Program-made: the position numbers and the translations under genes
Notes under the pieces: model-generated
The model's database searches: none
Seen by the model: only the letters and a program-made list of their open reading frames with translations
What the model was told of the DNA's origin: nothing
Assembly: GCA_964474825.1 (NCBI GenBank)
Contig: CAYYWQ010000001.1
Span: forward strand, 165,609-229,608
Source of the DNA: an uncultured Candidatus Saccharibacteria bacterium
Lineage (GTDB): Bacteria; Patescibacteriota; Doudnabacteria; UBA920
Length of the DNA stretch: 64,000 bases
Direction: 5' to 3'
Shown: in pieces, positions 55,105-64,000 of the stretch
How the letters are laid out: each line of letters opens with the position of its first letter
How positions within the stretch are numbered: the first letter of the stretch is position 1

Positions 55105-58100
55105 ATGGCACAAGAAACACCACAACAACCAAATACAGGAGCGCCAAACTTTAATGAGTTGGAACAAAACATATTAAAGTTTTGGGACGAGAATAAAACT
55201 TTTCAAAAATCTCTGGACCAAACTTTGGGCAAGAAGCCTTATATTTTTTATGATGGTCCGCCTTTTGCCACGGGGTTGCCTCATTATGGGCACATTTTAG
55301 CTTCAACTGTTAAAGATGCTTTCCCGCGCTACCAGACAATGAAAGGGCGCTATGTCCGCAGGCGCTGGGGCTGGGATTGCCACGGTTTGCCCATTGAAAA
55401 TATTGTTGAGCAGCACTTAAAAATTTCCGGCAAAAAACAAATTGAGGAAATTGGCGTGGACCGGTTTAACCAGGTTTGCCGCGACAATGTACTTCGCTTT
55501 ACCGAAGAGTGGGGGAAAATGGTCAAGCGCATGGGCCGCTGGACTGAGTTTGAAAATTCCTACAAGACTATGGACACCACTTATATGGAATCGGTCTGGT
55601 GGGGTATAAAACAAATTTGGGAAAAAGATTTAATTTACCAGGACAGGAAAGTCCTGCTCTACTGCAGCCGCTGCGAAACTCCCATTTCCAATTTTGAAGT
55701 GGCTATGGATAACAGCTACCGCGACGTTACCGAAGAATCTGTTTTTGCTAAATTTAAACTCTTGCCGCGCCAAAGAATAGTAAACGATTTAACCAACGAC
55801 AAAACCTTTGCCTTGGCTTGGACAACCACACCATGGACTTTGCCGGGTAACACGTCTTTAAATTTGGGCCCAGACATCCAGTACGTTTTAGTAGAGCAAA
55901 ATGATGAACGTTATATTTTGGCCAAAGAACGACTCTCTATATTAAACGGTGAGTATGAAACCGTCGCGGAGTTTCCGGCAAGAGCCTTGGAAGGCTTAGA
56001 ATACGAACCGCTTTATCCGGGCGTTGTTCCTAATGGCCGGAGCGATTCATCTGCCAACGTAAAAGACATGCTTGGCGACCCCAGCCGCGCTCACCGGATT
56101 TATTTGGCTGACTTTGTTACAACACAAGACGGTACAGGTATAGTTCATAACGCCGCAATGTATGGTGAAGAAGACTACGAACTGGCCAAAGAAAAGAATT
56201 TGCCAAGGTTAGATATGCTGGACCACAAGGGCGAATACATAGCCAATGAACGCAACCCAAAAAATTTGCACGGTGTGTTCTTTAAAGACGCGGACAAAAT
56301 AGTTTTAAAGGAACTTAAAGAACGCAATTTAGTTTACAATGTTTTAAGCTATACCCATAGTTATCCGCACTGCCACCGCTGCGGCACGCCTTTGTTTTAT
56401 AACGCTTTGCCTGCCTGGTTTATTAATATCCAAAAAGTAAAAGCCCAGCTACGCAAATTAAACAGCGAAGAAATTAACTGGTACCCGGAACATTTAAAAA
56501 TGGGACGGTTCGACAAAAGCATGGAGTCGGCTCCGGATTGGAATATTTCCCGCAACCGTTACTGGGCAACTCCGCTGCCGTTTTGGAAGTGTGAGAACGA
56601 GGAGTGTAAATCTACAATTTGTATTGGTTCAATAGAGGATCTTAAAGAGAAATCTAGCAATTTTGCGGAAGTCTATCCTAATTACAACCCGGAAGATTTA
56701 AACAAACTGGATTTGCATAAGCCGTACATAGACCAGGTTATTGTAAAATGCCCCCAGTGCGGAGGCCAAAGCAAACGCGTGCCCGAAGTTGTGGATTGCT
56801 GGGTAGAGAGCGGCAGCATGCCTTTTGCGGAATTACATTACCCATTTGAAAATCAGGAACAGTTTAAAAACCGTTTCCCGGCAGACTTTGTAGCTGAGTA
56901 CATTGGCCAGACCCGGGCTTGGTTTTATGTTATGCATGTTATGTCTGCCTTGGTATTTGACCACGCGCCGTTTAAGCACGTTGTTACCACCGGAAACATT
57001 TTGGCCGAAGACGGCAGTAAGATGTCCAAGTCTAAAAATAACTACCCGGATCCCTGGATACTCATAGAAAAATATGGCATTGACGCGCTGCGGTTCTATT
57101 TGTTGACCTGTCCGGTTATGAGCGCGGACGACATTAATTTCAGCGAAAAAAGCGTGCAGGAAGTCAGCCGTAAAGTCAGCATGCTGGTTTATAATATGTG
57201 GAGTTTTTACAGGATGTATGAGAAGTCAGTAATCAGTTCTCAGTTCACAGCAAACGGTGGGGACCATATTTTAGACAAGTGGATTATGTCCAGGCTTTCG
57301 CAGACACATTTGGAAGTAACTAAAGATATGGACGCTTATAACACAGTGCGTGTCGGGCGTGCCATAATAGATTTTGTTAACGATCTCTCCACCTGGTACG
57401 TCCGCCGCAGCCGCGAAAGAATAAAGCAGGACAACGAGGATTCCAAGGCAGCACTACAAACTTTGGGTTTGGTTTTGGCCGAGCTTTCCAAAATGCTGGC
57501 GCCGCTCATGCCCTTTTTGGCAGATTTTATTTACAAAGACTTAACAGGCAAAGAGTCTGTGCATTTGGAATTGTGGACGGAAAAAATGCCTGAGCCAGAC
57601 ACTAAAATTTTAGAAGAAATGTCGGTAATCCGGGAAATTGTTGAACAGGGACTTTCTTTACGTAAAGAGCATGGTCTAAAAGTCAGGCAGCCTTTGGCTG
57701 AGCTAGAATATCACCTTACAGGCAAAAATAATTTACTGGGCGCGGAACTTGAAAAAGTTTTGGCCGAAGAGTTAAATGTTAAATTAGTCAGCGGCCGCAG
57801 CGATTTTGTACCCAAAGCCGGGTGGGCTTTTAGGGAAACGCCGGGATTTAAGTTGGCCTTGAATTTGGAATTAAACGAGGAGCTCAAAAAAGAAGGCCTT
57901 GCGCGCGAACTGGAACGCTTAGTGCAGGACTTGCGTAAAAAGAGCGGTCTTAAGGTGGGGGAATTAGTAGACCTTTATTACAACGCCACAGACGAAGTCC
58001 TTGAGCACGCGCTGCTAAATTTGCTTGATCGCAAAAAAACTTTTGTCAGCCAAATCCAAAAGAGTCTGGAAGTGGAAGTGGATTTTGAGGCCCAGGGCGA

Positions 58101-58143
58101 AGTGGAAGGTAAAGCTATTTGGGTGGGGCTCATTAAGATATAA
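55105..58143 (+). CDS. ileS: Isoleucine--tRNA ligase (IleRS2 type)
   Basis: DGPPFATGLPHYGH, GWDCHGLP, WTTTPWT, SRNRYW, QTRAWF and KMSKS motifs. Confidence 0.97.
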   Translation: MAQETPQQPNTGAPNFNELEQNILKFWDENKTFQKSLDQTLGKKPYIFYDGPPFATGLPHYGHILASTVKDAFPRYQTMKGRYVRRRWGWDCHGLPIENIVEQHLKISGKKQIEEIGVDRFNQVCRDNVLRFTEEWGKMVKRMGRWTEFENSYKTMDTTYMESVWWGIKQIWEKDLIYQDRKVLLYCSRCETPISNFEVAMDNSYRDVTEESVFAKFKLLPRQRIVNDLTNDKTFALAWTTTPWTLPGNTSLNLGPDIQYVLVEQNDERYILAKERLSILNGEYETVAEFPARALEGLEYEPLYPGVVPNGRSDSSANVKDMLGDPSRAHRIYLADFVTTQDGTGIVHNAAMYGEEDYELAKEKNLPRLDMLDHKGEYIANERNPKNLHGVFFKDADKIVLKELKERNLVYNVLSYTHSYPHCHRCGTPLFYNALPAWFINIQKVKAQLRKLNSEEINWYPEHLKMGRFDKSMESAPDWNISRNRYWATPLPFWKCENEECKSTICIGSIEDLKEKSSNFAEVYPNYNPEDLNKLDLHKPYIDQVIVKCPQCGGQSKRVPEVVDCWVESGSMPFAELHYPFENQEQFKNRFPADFVAEYIGQTRAWFYVMHVMSALVFDHAPFKHVVTTGNILAEDGSKMSKSKNNYPDPWILIEKYGIDALRFYLLTCPVMSADDINFSEKSVQEVSRKVSMLVYNMWSFYRMYEKSVISSQFTANGGDHILDKWIMSRLSQTHLEVTKDMDAYNTVRVGRAIIDFVNDLSTWYVRRSRERIKQDNEDSKAALQTLGLVLAELSKMLAPLMPFLADFIYKDLTGKESVHLELWTEKMPEPDTKILEEMSVIREIVEQGLSLRKEHGLKVRQPLAELEYHLTGKNNLLGAELEKVLAEELNVKLVSGRSDFVPKAGWAFRETPGFKLALNLELNEELKKEGLARELERLVQDLRKKSGLKVGELVDLYYNATDEVLEHALLNLLDRKKTFVSQIQKSLEVEVDFEAQGEVEGKAIWVGLIKI

Positions 58144-58145
58144 CT

Positions 58146-58270
58146 TCTACTAAATACTAAAAGAGACTAAAAATACGACACAGTCATCCGACGTGTCGTC
58201 CCGTCAAATGACTGGGACGAAAGCGAAATATTTAGATTTAGTACATTTAGTTAATTTAGTATTTAGTAGA
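58146..58270. repeat. MITE-like family A, copy 3
   Basis: Same TIRs as copy 1; near-identical 43-nt core to copy 2. Confidence 0.85.
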
Positions 58271-58273
58271 GAT

Positions 58274-58987
58274 ATGCCACGAGAACAAACCTACCAAGCT
58301 ATAATTCTAAAAAAACAGCCTTACGGGGAAGCTGACGAACTTATTACGGTTTTTACCAAAGAACAGGGTAAGCTGCGTGTTTTGGCAAAATCGGTTAAGT
58401 TTGCTAAAAGCAAGCTGCAGTATGGCCTCCAGACTTTGTTTTTTTGCAAGCTGAGCGTGGTGGGCAGTAAGCTGCCTAAAGTTATTGGCGTGGAAGTTTT
58501 GGAAAGTTTTTCGGGGCTCCGGGAGAATTTGGAAGCAGCCAAGATTTCCTTTTATATTTTGGAATTGGCTTTAAAATTTACGCCCGATGAGCAAATAAAT
58601 TCCGCTTTGTTTGATTTATTAATAAAATCTTTAAAATTCTTTTCCTCAGCGCATAACGAGCTGGTCTTGGGCAGCGGCCTGGCAAAGTTTAAAATCGACT
58701 TCTTGGAGTCTTTAGGGTTGGGAATACAAACTGGTTCTGAAGAAGATACCCCCGAAGAACTATTTTTTAGTAACCAAGCTGGGGGATTTTTATTTTACAA
58801 AGGAACAACTCCTGCCCAAAAAGTACGGAGGGTAACTTATGCGTGGTTTTTAGAACTGTCCAAAATTTCTTTCCAAGAGCTGTCTGCGCGAAACATGGGA
58901 GATTTGGAGGAATTGCAAGATATTTTGTCCGGATTTTTAAGTTATCATTTGGAGAGGGAAATTAAATCCCAAAGGTTTATGTTATAA
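58274..58987 (+). CDS. recO: DNA repair protein RecO
   Basis: AIILKKQPYGEADELITVFT..QGKL...AK motif; start reassigned to the ATG at 58274. Confidence 0.9.
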   Translation: MPREQTYQAIILKKQPYGEADELITVFTKEQGKLRVLAKSVKFAKSKLQYGLQTLFFCKLSVVGSKLPKVIGVEVLESFSGLRENLEAAKISFYILELALKFTPDEQINSALFDLLIKSLKFFSSAHNELVLGSGLAKFKIDFLESLGLGIQTGSEEDTPEELFFSNQAGGFLFYKGTTPAQKVRRVTYAWFLELSKISFQELSARNMGDLEELQDILSGFLSYHLEREIKSQRFML

Positions 58988-59012
58988 TATTGCTATAATT
59001 TATTAAAAATTT

Positions 59013-60845
59013 ATGCCCATAACACCTGAAAATAATCCCCAGACCCAAAGTCCGCCAAGCTCGTTTACTAAAAAGACCATAGGACAACCCGGCCCTGCTC
59101 CGTTAGTTGCATCCTCTGGGGCCGTTCACTCCCCAGCCGGTTTTTATCGCGAGAATCGTTTTTATGTATGGGCTATTTTAGCCGGGGTTGTTACTATTTC
59201 CGTGTTGGCTTACTTTGCTTTTCGTAAAAGTCCCCCGGTAGCCCCTACAGCGGCTAATGTTACTATTTCGGTGGATGTTCCCGAAACCGCCCCGGCCGGA
59301 GGGCAGACCGTTTATAAAATTAAAGTGGAAAATGACGACACGCAGAAATTGGTCCAAATGTCCTTAGAGTTGGCTTACGGTGAAGGCATGTCTTTTATTA
59401 GTAGTGTGCCCAATCCGCAAAATTTGTCAGGCACCCAATTTGCCGTGCCAGACCTGAGTCCCGGGCAAAACGCGGTCATTACTGTTAAAGCACAGCTTAG
59501 TGGCAATGTTAATGACCAAAAAAACCTTTCCATGAAAGTGCATTACCGCTTTAGTAATTTTAATTCGGAATTCCTTGCCCAAGAAATTTCTACTGTCCGC
59601 TTAACGGCGTCCAATGTGGCGCTGGATATTTCTGGTCCCACAACCACCAATAATGCCCAAATAGCGGTTTACACAGTAAGGTATCAAAACAATTCAAACG
59701 ATGCCATTTCCGGCGCCCAAATAAAATTAAATTATCCCAGTGGATTTGTTTTTGCCACAGCCCAGCCGCCGTCCGATTCAGCCGGCAATATCTGGAACAT
59801 AGACGCGCTGGCATCCGGAGCCTCGGGTACCATAACCATCCAGGGTTCGTTTAATTCGTCTAATCCCGGAGAAGGCAAAACTATTTCTGCTGACTTTTTA
59901 ATATTAGGCCAAGACGGCCAGTATTTTACTCAAAATAGCCGAAGTTTTACCACAACTATGGCCAGCCTGCCTTTGCTTGTAAGTCAAGTGGTAGATAATC
60001 TAAACGCAGAAAGTACCGTTAATCCGGGTGAAAATTTACGTTATAGTATAAAATACCAAAACAACAGCAGCGTGGTAGCCACTGGCGTTAATGTTTTACT
60101 GACTTTAAATTCCAAGGCTTTGGATTTTAGCAGTATTCAGGCTGAAGGAGCGCAGGTTAACAACAATACCATTTCCTGGGACGCTTCCTCTGTGTCTAAT
60201 TTGGGGAGTTTAAACCCCAATGAATCCGGTCAGCTGTCTTTTTCTGTGCGCGTTAAAAATCCCGCCACTAAAGATTCCTCAAAAAATTTAACTGTTTTAA
60301 GCGACATTAAAATTAAATCAACGGAATACGACAGTTATTTTCCGGGGAACCAGGTTAGCTTAAAAATTTCCAGCCCGGTCAGCTTAAATACAGCGCTAGA
60401 TTTCCAAAGCGGCCAGCTGCCGCCACAGGTTGGCAAGACTTCCCTTTATTCTGTAACTCTGACTTTAACTAATTCTACAAACGATTTTAACGGCGGCACA
60501 CTAACAGCCTTTATTCCGTTAGGTGCCGGAGGGTTTGTGCCTGGAAGCGTTAATAGTGCCGAGTCGGGGAAAGTCCAGTTTGATTCTACTACAAGCAAAT
60601 TAACATGGCAGGTGGGTTCGCTGCCCGCGCATATTGGCCAGTTTAGCCCGGCCAGAACCTTACAGTTCGGCGTGCGCCTGATTCCTTCGGCTTCACAAGC
60701 AGGGGAGAGACCAACCTTAATTAAAGACATTCAGTTTAATGCTACAGACAGCTTTACCGGCCAGCCGGTGAGCGCCAAGGCAGACAATATAACCACAGGC
60801 GACCTTTCCGGCAACAATGGCCAAAACAGTACAGTGGAAAGATGA
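59013..60845 (+). CDS. Membrane-anchored protein with DUF11/Ig-like repeats
   Basis: Single TM, then repeats such as PGENLRYSIKYQN...L.P.ESG.LSF. Confidence 0.75.
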   Translation: MPITPENNPQTQSPPSSFTKKTIGQPGPAPLVASSGAVHSPAGFYRENRFYVWAILAGVVTISVLAYFAFRKSPPVAPTAANVTISVDVPETAPAGGQTVYKIKVENDDTQKLVQMSLELAYGEGMSFISSVPNPQNLSGTQFAVPDLSPGQNAVITVKAQLSGNVNDQKNLSMKVHYRFSNFNSEFLAQEISTVRLTASNVALDISGPTTTNNAQIAVYTVRYQNNSNDAISGAQIKLNYPSGFVFATAQPPSDSAGNIWNIDALASGASGTITIQGSFNSSNPGEGKTISADFLILGQDGQYFTQNSRSFTTTMASLPLLVSQVVDNLNAESTVNPGENLRYSIKYQNNSSVVATGVNVLLTLNSKALDFSSIQAEGAQVNNNTISWDASSVSNLGSLNPNESGQLSFSVRVKNPATKDSSKNLTVLSDIKIKSTEYDSYFPGNQVSLKISSPVSLNTALDFQSGQLPPQVGKTSLYSVTLTLTNSTNDFNGGTLTAFIPLGAGGFVPGSVNSAESGKVQFDSTTSKLTWQVGSLPAHIGQFSPARTLQFGVRLIPSASQAGERPTLIKDIQFNATDSFTGQPVSAKADNITTGDLSGNNGQNSTVER

Positions 60846-60977
60846 TTAAGGGAATGAATTATTTATTACAATAAGATTGGTCCAAATTTTAGCTTCTCCC
60901 ATTAAATGAACAGTTTAGCAAAAAGTAAAACGCCGCCCACAAGGCGGCGTTTATAATTTATGTTTTAACTTTTTATT

Positions 60978-62195
60978 TTATGGATATATATAGCCTTGTA
61001 TAGCCGGGTCGCTGGTAGATACCCAGCGCTGGTTTACCCGGTTGAATTTTTCGTAGTTCATTTCGGAAACCAATACTCGGTTGCCGTCAACCTGTTCAAC
61101 AAAGGCTACATGGCCATAGCGGCCATAGCCTTTGGTGCCAAAGACAATGGCGGCGTTCGCTGCCGGTTCCTGCCCGGTTACATAACCGGAGGCGCGGGCG
61201 TTGGAAAGCCAGTTTTTAGCATTACCGCCAAAAGTAATTTTCATGCGGGTGGCAACGTAATAAGTGCAGTAACCAATAGGGAAGTAATGGTTGTCCGCGT
61301 CATAGCCGGAGCTAATGCTGGTCACTCCCGGAGTGGTGGGGGTAGATGGTTTTGAAGTTTTTGGTTTAGGGGTTGGTTTGGGAGTGGGTGCCTGCGCAAC
61401 TACGCCGCCGGGAATAATTAAAAAGTCTCCGGGGTTAATGGCTTCGGCGCTGTCTAGTCCGTTGTAGGAAATTATGATTTCCAAAAGTTTTGCGGCGGAA
61501 GCATCCCTAGCTTTTTTGTCGGTATTGTATTTTTCCGGGTTAAACTGTGCGGCTAAGTCCGGCAAAGTTGTGTTGGCATCAGCAGTTACAGCTATGCCGT
61601 CCACCGGAGGAATTATTAAGTCCCAGCCTGGTTTTATAACATCGCTGCTCAGGTTCGGGTTGCTCCAAAGAATGCTGTTTACGGAGATTCCATTTTTCTG
61701 GGCTATGGATTTTAGGCTGTCGCCTGGCTGCGTGGTGTAAACTTTTTTGGTAACATTGGTAACCAAAGCCTGAATGCTGTCGGGGTTAGGAGCCGCAATG
61801 CCGTTGTCTTCAAGGCCGCCGGCATCATTGCTTGTGCTGTCAGCAAAACCACTTTGACTGTCCAGGCCGGCCAGTTCGTCGGCCTGAGCCTGGGGGATTA
61901 AGTTGGTAGCCGTAAAAACTGTAATTACAGTGTTGTTCCTTTCGGAGAGTTGTTTGTTCAGCACAGGGTGCAGAGCCAAAAAATTCGCCGCAAGGCTTTT
62001 ATCGCTATAGTTCTTCAGGTCTCCAAAATCAAAAAAATGGAAATTAAGTCCGGCAACGGCCAAGGCAATTACCATAACCAGCAGTTCGCTGGAAAACTTC
62101 ACGCCAAAATCAAGAACGTCCATGCGCTTTAAATGCACGGCCGGGAAAGCATTAAGGTGCACACGCCTCAGTTGGGGGGCGCGTCGTTTAAACAA
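60978..62195 (-). CDS. LysM + CHAP peptidoglycan hydrolase
   Basis: YTTQPGDSLKSIA (LysM); GYCTYYV...GNA..W...YGHVAFVE...SEMN (CHAP). Start uncertain. Confidence 0.88.
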   Translation of the reverse strand: MFKRRAPQLRRVHLNAFPAVHLKRMDVLDFGVKFSSELLVMVIALAVAGLNFHFFDFGDLKNYSDKSLAANFLALHPVLNKQLSERNNTVITVFTATNLIPQAQADELAGLDSQSGFADSTSNDAGGLEDNGIAAPNPDSIQALVTNVTKKVYTTQPGDSLKSIAQKNGISVNSILWSNPNLSSDVIKPGWDLIIPPVDGIAVTADANTTLPDLAAQFNPEKYNTDKKARDASAAKLLEIIISYNGLDSAEAINPGDFLIIPGGVVAQAPTPKPTPKPKTSKPSTPTTPGVTSISSGYDADNHYFPIGYCTYYVATRMKITFGGNAKNWLSNARASGYVTGQEPAANAAIVFGTKGYGRYGHVAFVEQVDGNRVLVSEMNYEKFNRVNQRWVSTSDPAIQGYIYP

Positions 62196-62614
62196 AAACA
62201 GGGATTTTTTTATGTAATACTGAATGAAAAAAGCGGTCGTAAAAGAAAGCTTTTTAAATTTAGACCGCCAAAAACGAATAGTCTGAATTTTTTTACTCCA
62301 GTAATAATATAGAGGGGCGCTAAGTAGCAGTATTTACGGTAATTTGTTAGCAAAACCCTAAATATTTTAATGTCTATATAAGTTTAGTCTATGACCCAGA
62401 GGTTAGGCAAGTATTTCATCCACAGTTGGCGGATTTTACTTTTAAACTTAAGCAATTTTATTTTCTTGGCTTATTTTAAAGCAGATTTGGCAAAATGAGC
62501 TTGCAATTTTCTTGCAAACGGTTTTAAGGTTTTTTAGGCGTCTAATTAACACTGTCTAATCATGATATTCATAGGTCGTGCTATAATACTTTGGGTAATA
62601 AAAGTTTTAGGAAA

Positions 62615-64000
62615 ATGGATTTAGGCAGCTTAAACGACAAGCAAAAGCAGGCAGTCACGGCCCCCTTAGGGCCGGTTTTAGTCTTGGCTGGGCCGGGAAG
62701 CGGCAAAACCAAGACTTTAACTTTTCGCATTGCCTATATTATAGAGAAGAAAATGGCGCACCCCGGTAATATTCTAGCTCTGACTTTTACCAATAAAGCG
62801 GCCAAGCAAATGCGCGAGCGGATTTCACCGCTTTTGGCGCGCTTTAAAGGCGCGGTTGAGCAAATTACTATGGGGACTTTCCACGCGGTTTGCGCCAAGT
62901 TGCTCCGTAAAGAAATTACGGCTTTGGGTTACAGTAATGACTTTGTAATTTTTGACAAAGACGACCAAACCAAAGTCCTTAAGGAGATTTTGGAAGATTT
63001 ACGTATAGACACCAAGCGCCTGCCCGCGCCTTTGTTTGCAGCTTTAATGGGCCGGGCAAAAAATGTGTTGCAATTACCTTCGGAGTTAAACCTGGGACTG
63101 GAATCTCCCATGGCGGAAAAATTACAGGAAGTTTACGCCCGTTACCAGGATTCGTTGTTTAAACAAAATGCCTTGGATTTTGACGATTTGCTCATGTTGA
63201 CCGTTAAATTATTTGAAAACTTCCCCAAAGTTTTGGAAAAATACCAAAAACAATTTTCCACCATTTTGGTAGACGAGTATCAGGACACTAACCCGGCCCA
63301 ATATACTTTGTTAAAGATGTTGGCCGTTCACCACAATATTTTTGTAGTGGGGGACGACGCGCAGAGTATTTATAAGTTCAGAGGCAGTGATATTCGCAAC
63401 ATTTTAAATTTTGAGCAGGATTTTCCAAAAGCCTTGGAAATTAAGCTGGAGCAGAATTACCGGAGCACCAAAAATATTTTGCAGGCCGCGCAGAAGGTTA
63501 TTGAATTAAACAGCGAACAGCGTAAAAAAACACTGTGGACGGAAAATTTGGACGGCGAAAAAATTACACTATACGAGGCCAACGACGAGAGAGCTGAAGC
63601 CGAGTTTGTCGCCAAAAAGGTTATTTCTTTGTCTTCTGGCCGTCCCGACGAAATAGAATATGATTTTAAGGAAAATGATGGCGACCCGGAAACTAAGGGT
63701 GCCGGTTTTTCCATATTGGACCGTTTTATTAAAGCTCGTAGGCTATACGGTGCCGCCGCGCCTTCTTTGCGGCAATCGCTACTGCCGCAGCTACCAAAAC
63801 AGCACGAGCCTTTAAATGAATACTGTGTGCTGTACAGGACCCACGCCCAAAGCCGCGCCATTGAAGAAGTCTTTATAACTTCTGGTATTCCTTACCAAAT
63901 AGTGGGCGGCCTGAAATTTTATGAACGCAAGGAAATTAAGGACATGCTGTGTTATTTGCGTTTAATTTTGAATTTTCGGGACCTGGTTTCTTTAAAGCGC
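62615..64000 (+). CDS. pcrA: UvrD/PcrA helicase (5' part, runs off the window)
   Basis: LAGPGSGKT, LTFTNKAA, VDEYQDTN, VGDDAQSIYKFRG, LEQNYRST and LYRTHAQSR motifs. Confidence 0.93.
   Translation, partial: MDLGSLNDKQKQAVTAPLGPVLVLAGPGSGKTKTLTFRIAYIIEKKMAHPGNILALTFTNKAAKQMRERISPLLARFKGAVEQITMGTFHAVCAKLLRKEITALGYSNDFVIFDKDDQTKVLKEILEDLRIDTKRLPAPLFAALMGRAKNVLQLPSELNLGLESPMAEKLQEVYARYQDSLFKQNALDFDDLLMLTVKLFENFPKVLEKYQKQFSTILVDEYQDTNPAQYTLLKMLAVHHNIFVVGDDAQSIYKFRGSDIRNILNFEQDFPKALEIKLEQNYRSTKNILQAAQKVIELNSEQRKKTLWTENLDGEKITLYEANDERAEAEFVAKKVISLSSGRPDEIEYDFKENDGDPETKGAGFSILDRFIKARRLYGAAAPSLRQSLLPQLPKQHEPLNEYCVLYRTHAQSRAIEEVFITSGIPYQIVGGLKFYERKEIKDMLCYLRLILNFRDLVSLKR

Noticed and set aside
58193-58273. 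N-terminal extension of RecO
   Set aside because: It is translated family A repeat sequence; the conserved protein begins at 58274.
25338-62424. DnaA-box-like 9-mers (about 25338, 43701, 44516, 62416) as oriC
   Set aside because: They are scattered rather than clustered, and no dnaA/dnaN is in the window.
63457-63861. 134-aa minus-strand ORF
   Set aside because: Antisense shadow of the pcrA coding region.

Overview
Bacterial chromosome segment in the standard genetic code. Its gene content (conserved hypothetical families, PT-linker surface proteins, a pilin-like gene, short AT-rich leaders) suggests a Patescibacteria/CPR lineage; this is an inference. Housekeeping content: infC-rpmI-rplT, a pyrC-carA-carB-pyrB operon, alr, smpB, argS, ileS, recO, the start of pcrA/uvrD, and a tmRNA gene (43137-43527, minus strand) with a readable 22-aa tag. 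The 3' end of the tmRNA is an integration hotspot. A ~10.8-kb serine-recombinase element (32338-43144, bounded by TGGTGGAG direct repeats) carries an AvaI/BsoBI-like restriction-modification pair, a Sir2-HerA anti-phage pair, a probable type I toxin locus and a small replication module. Its attP lies inside the recombinase gene, so excision would swap the enzyme's C-terminus. Next to it are a GIY-YIG gene with palindromes and an inverted-repeat-bounded KAP NTPase cassette. Other highlights: a stand-alone ~105-nt structured RNA with its own consensus promoter and terminator, several unannotated micro-ORFs, and at least five families of short repeated or palindromic elements, one inserted in frame inside pyrC. 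No CRISPR array, rRNA or tRNA was found. Family assignments come from recognising motifs by eye, not from database searches.
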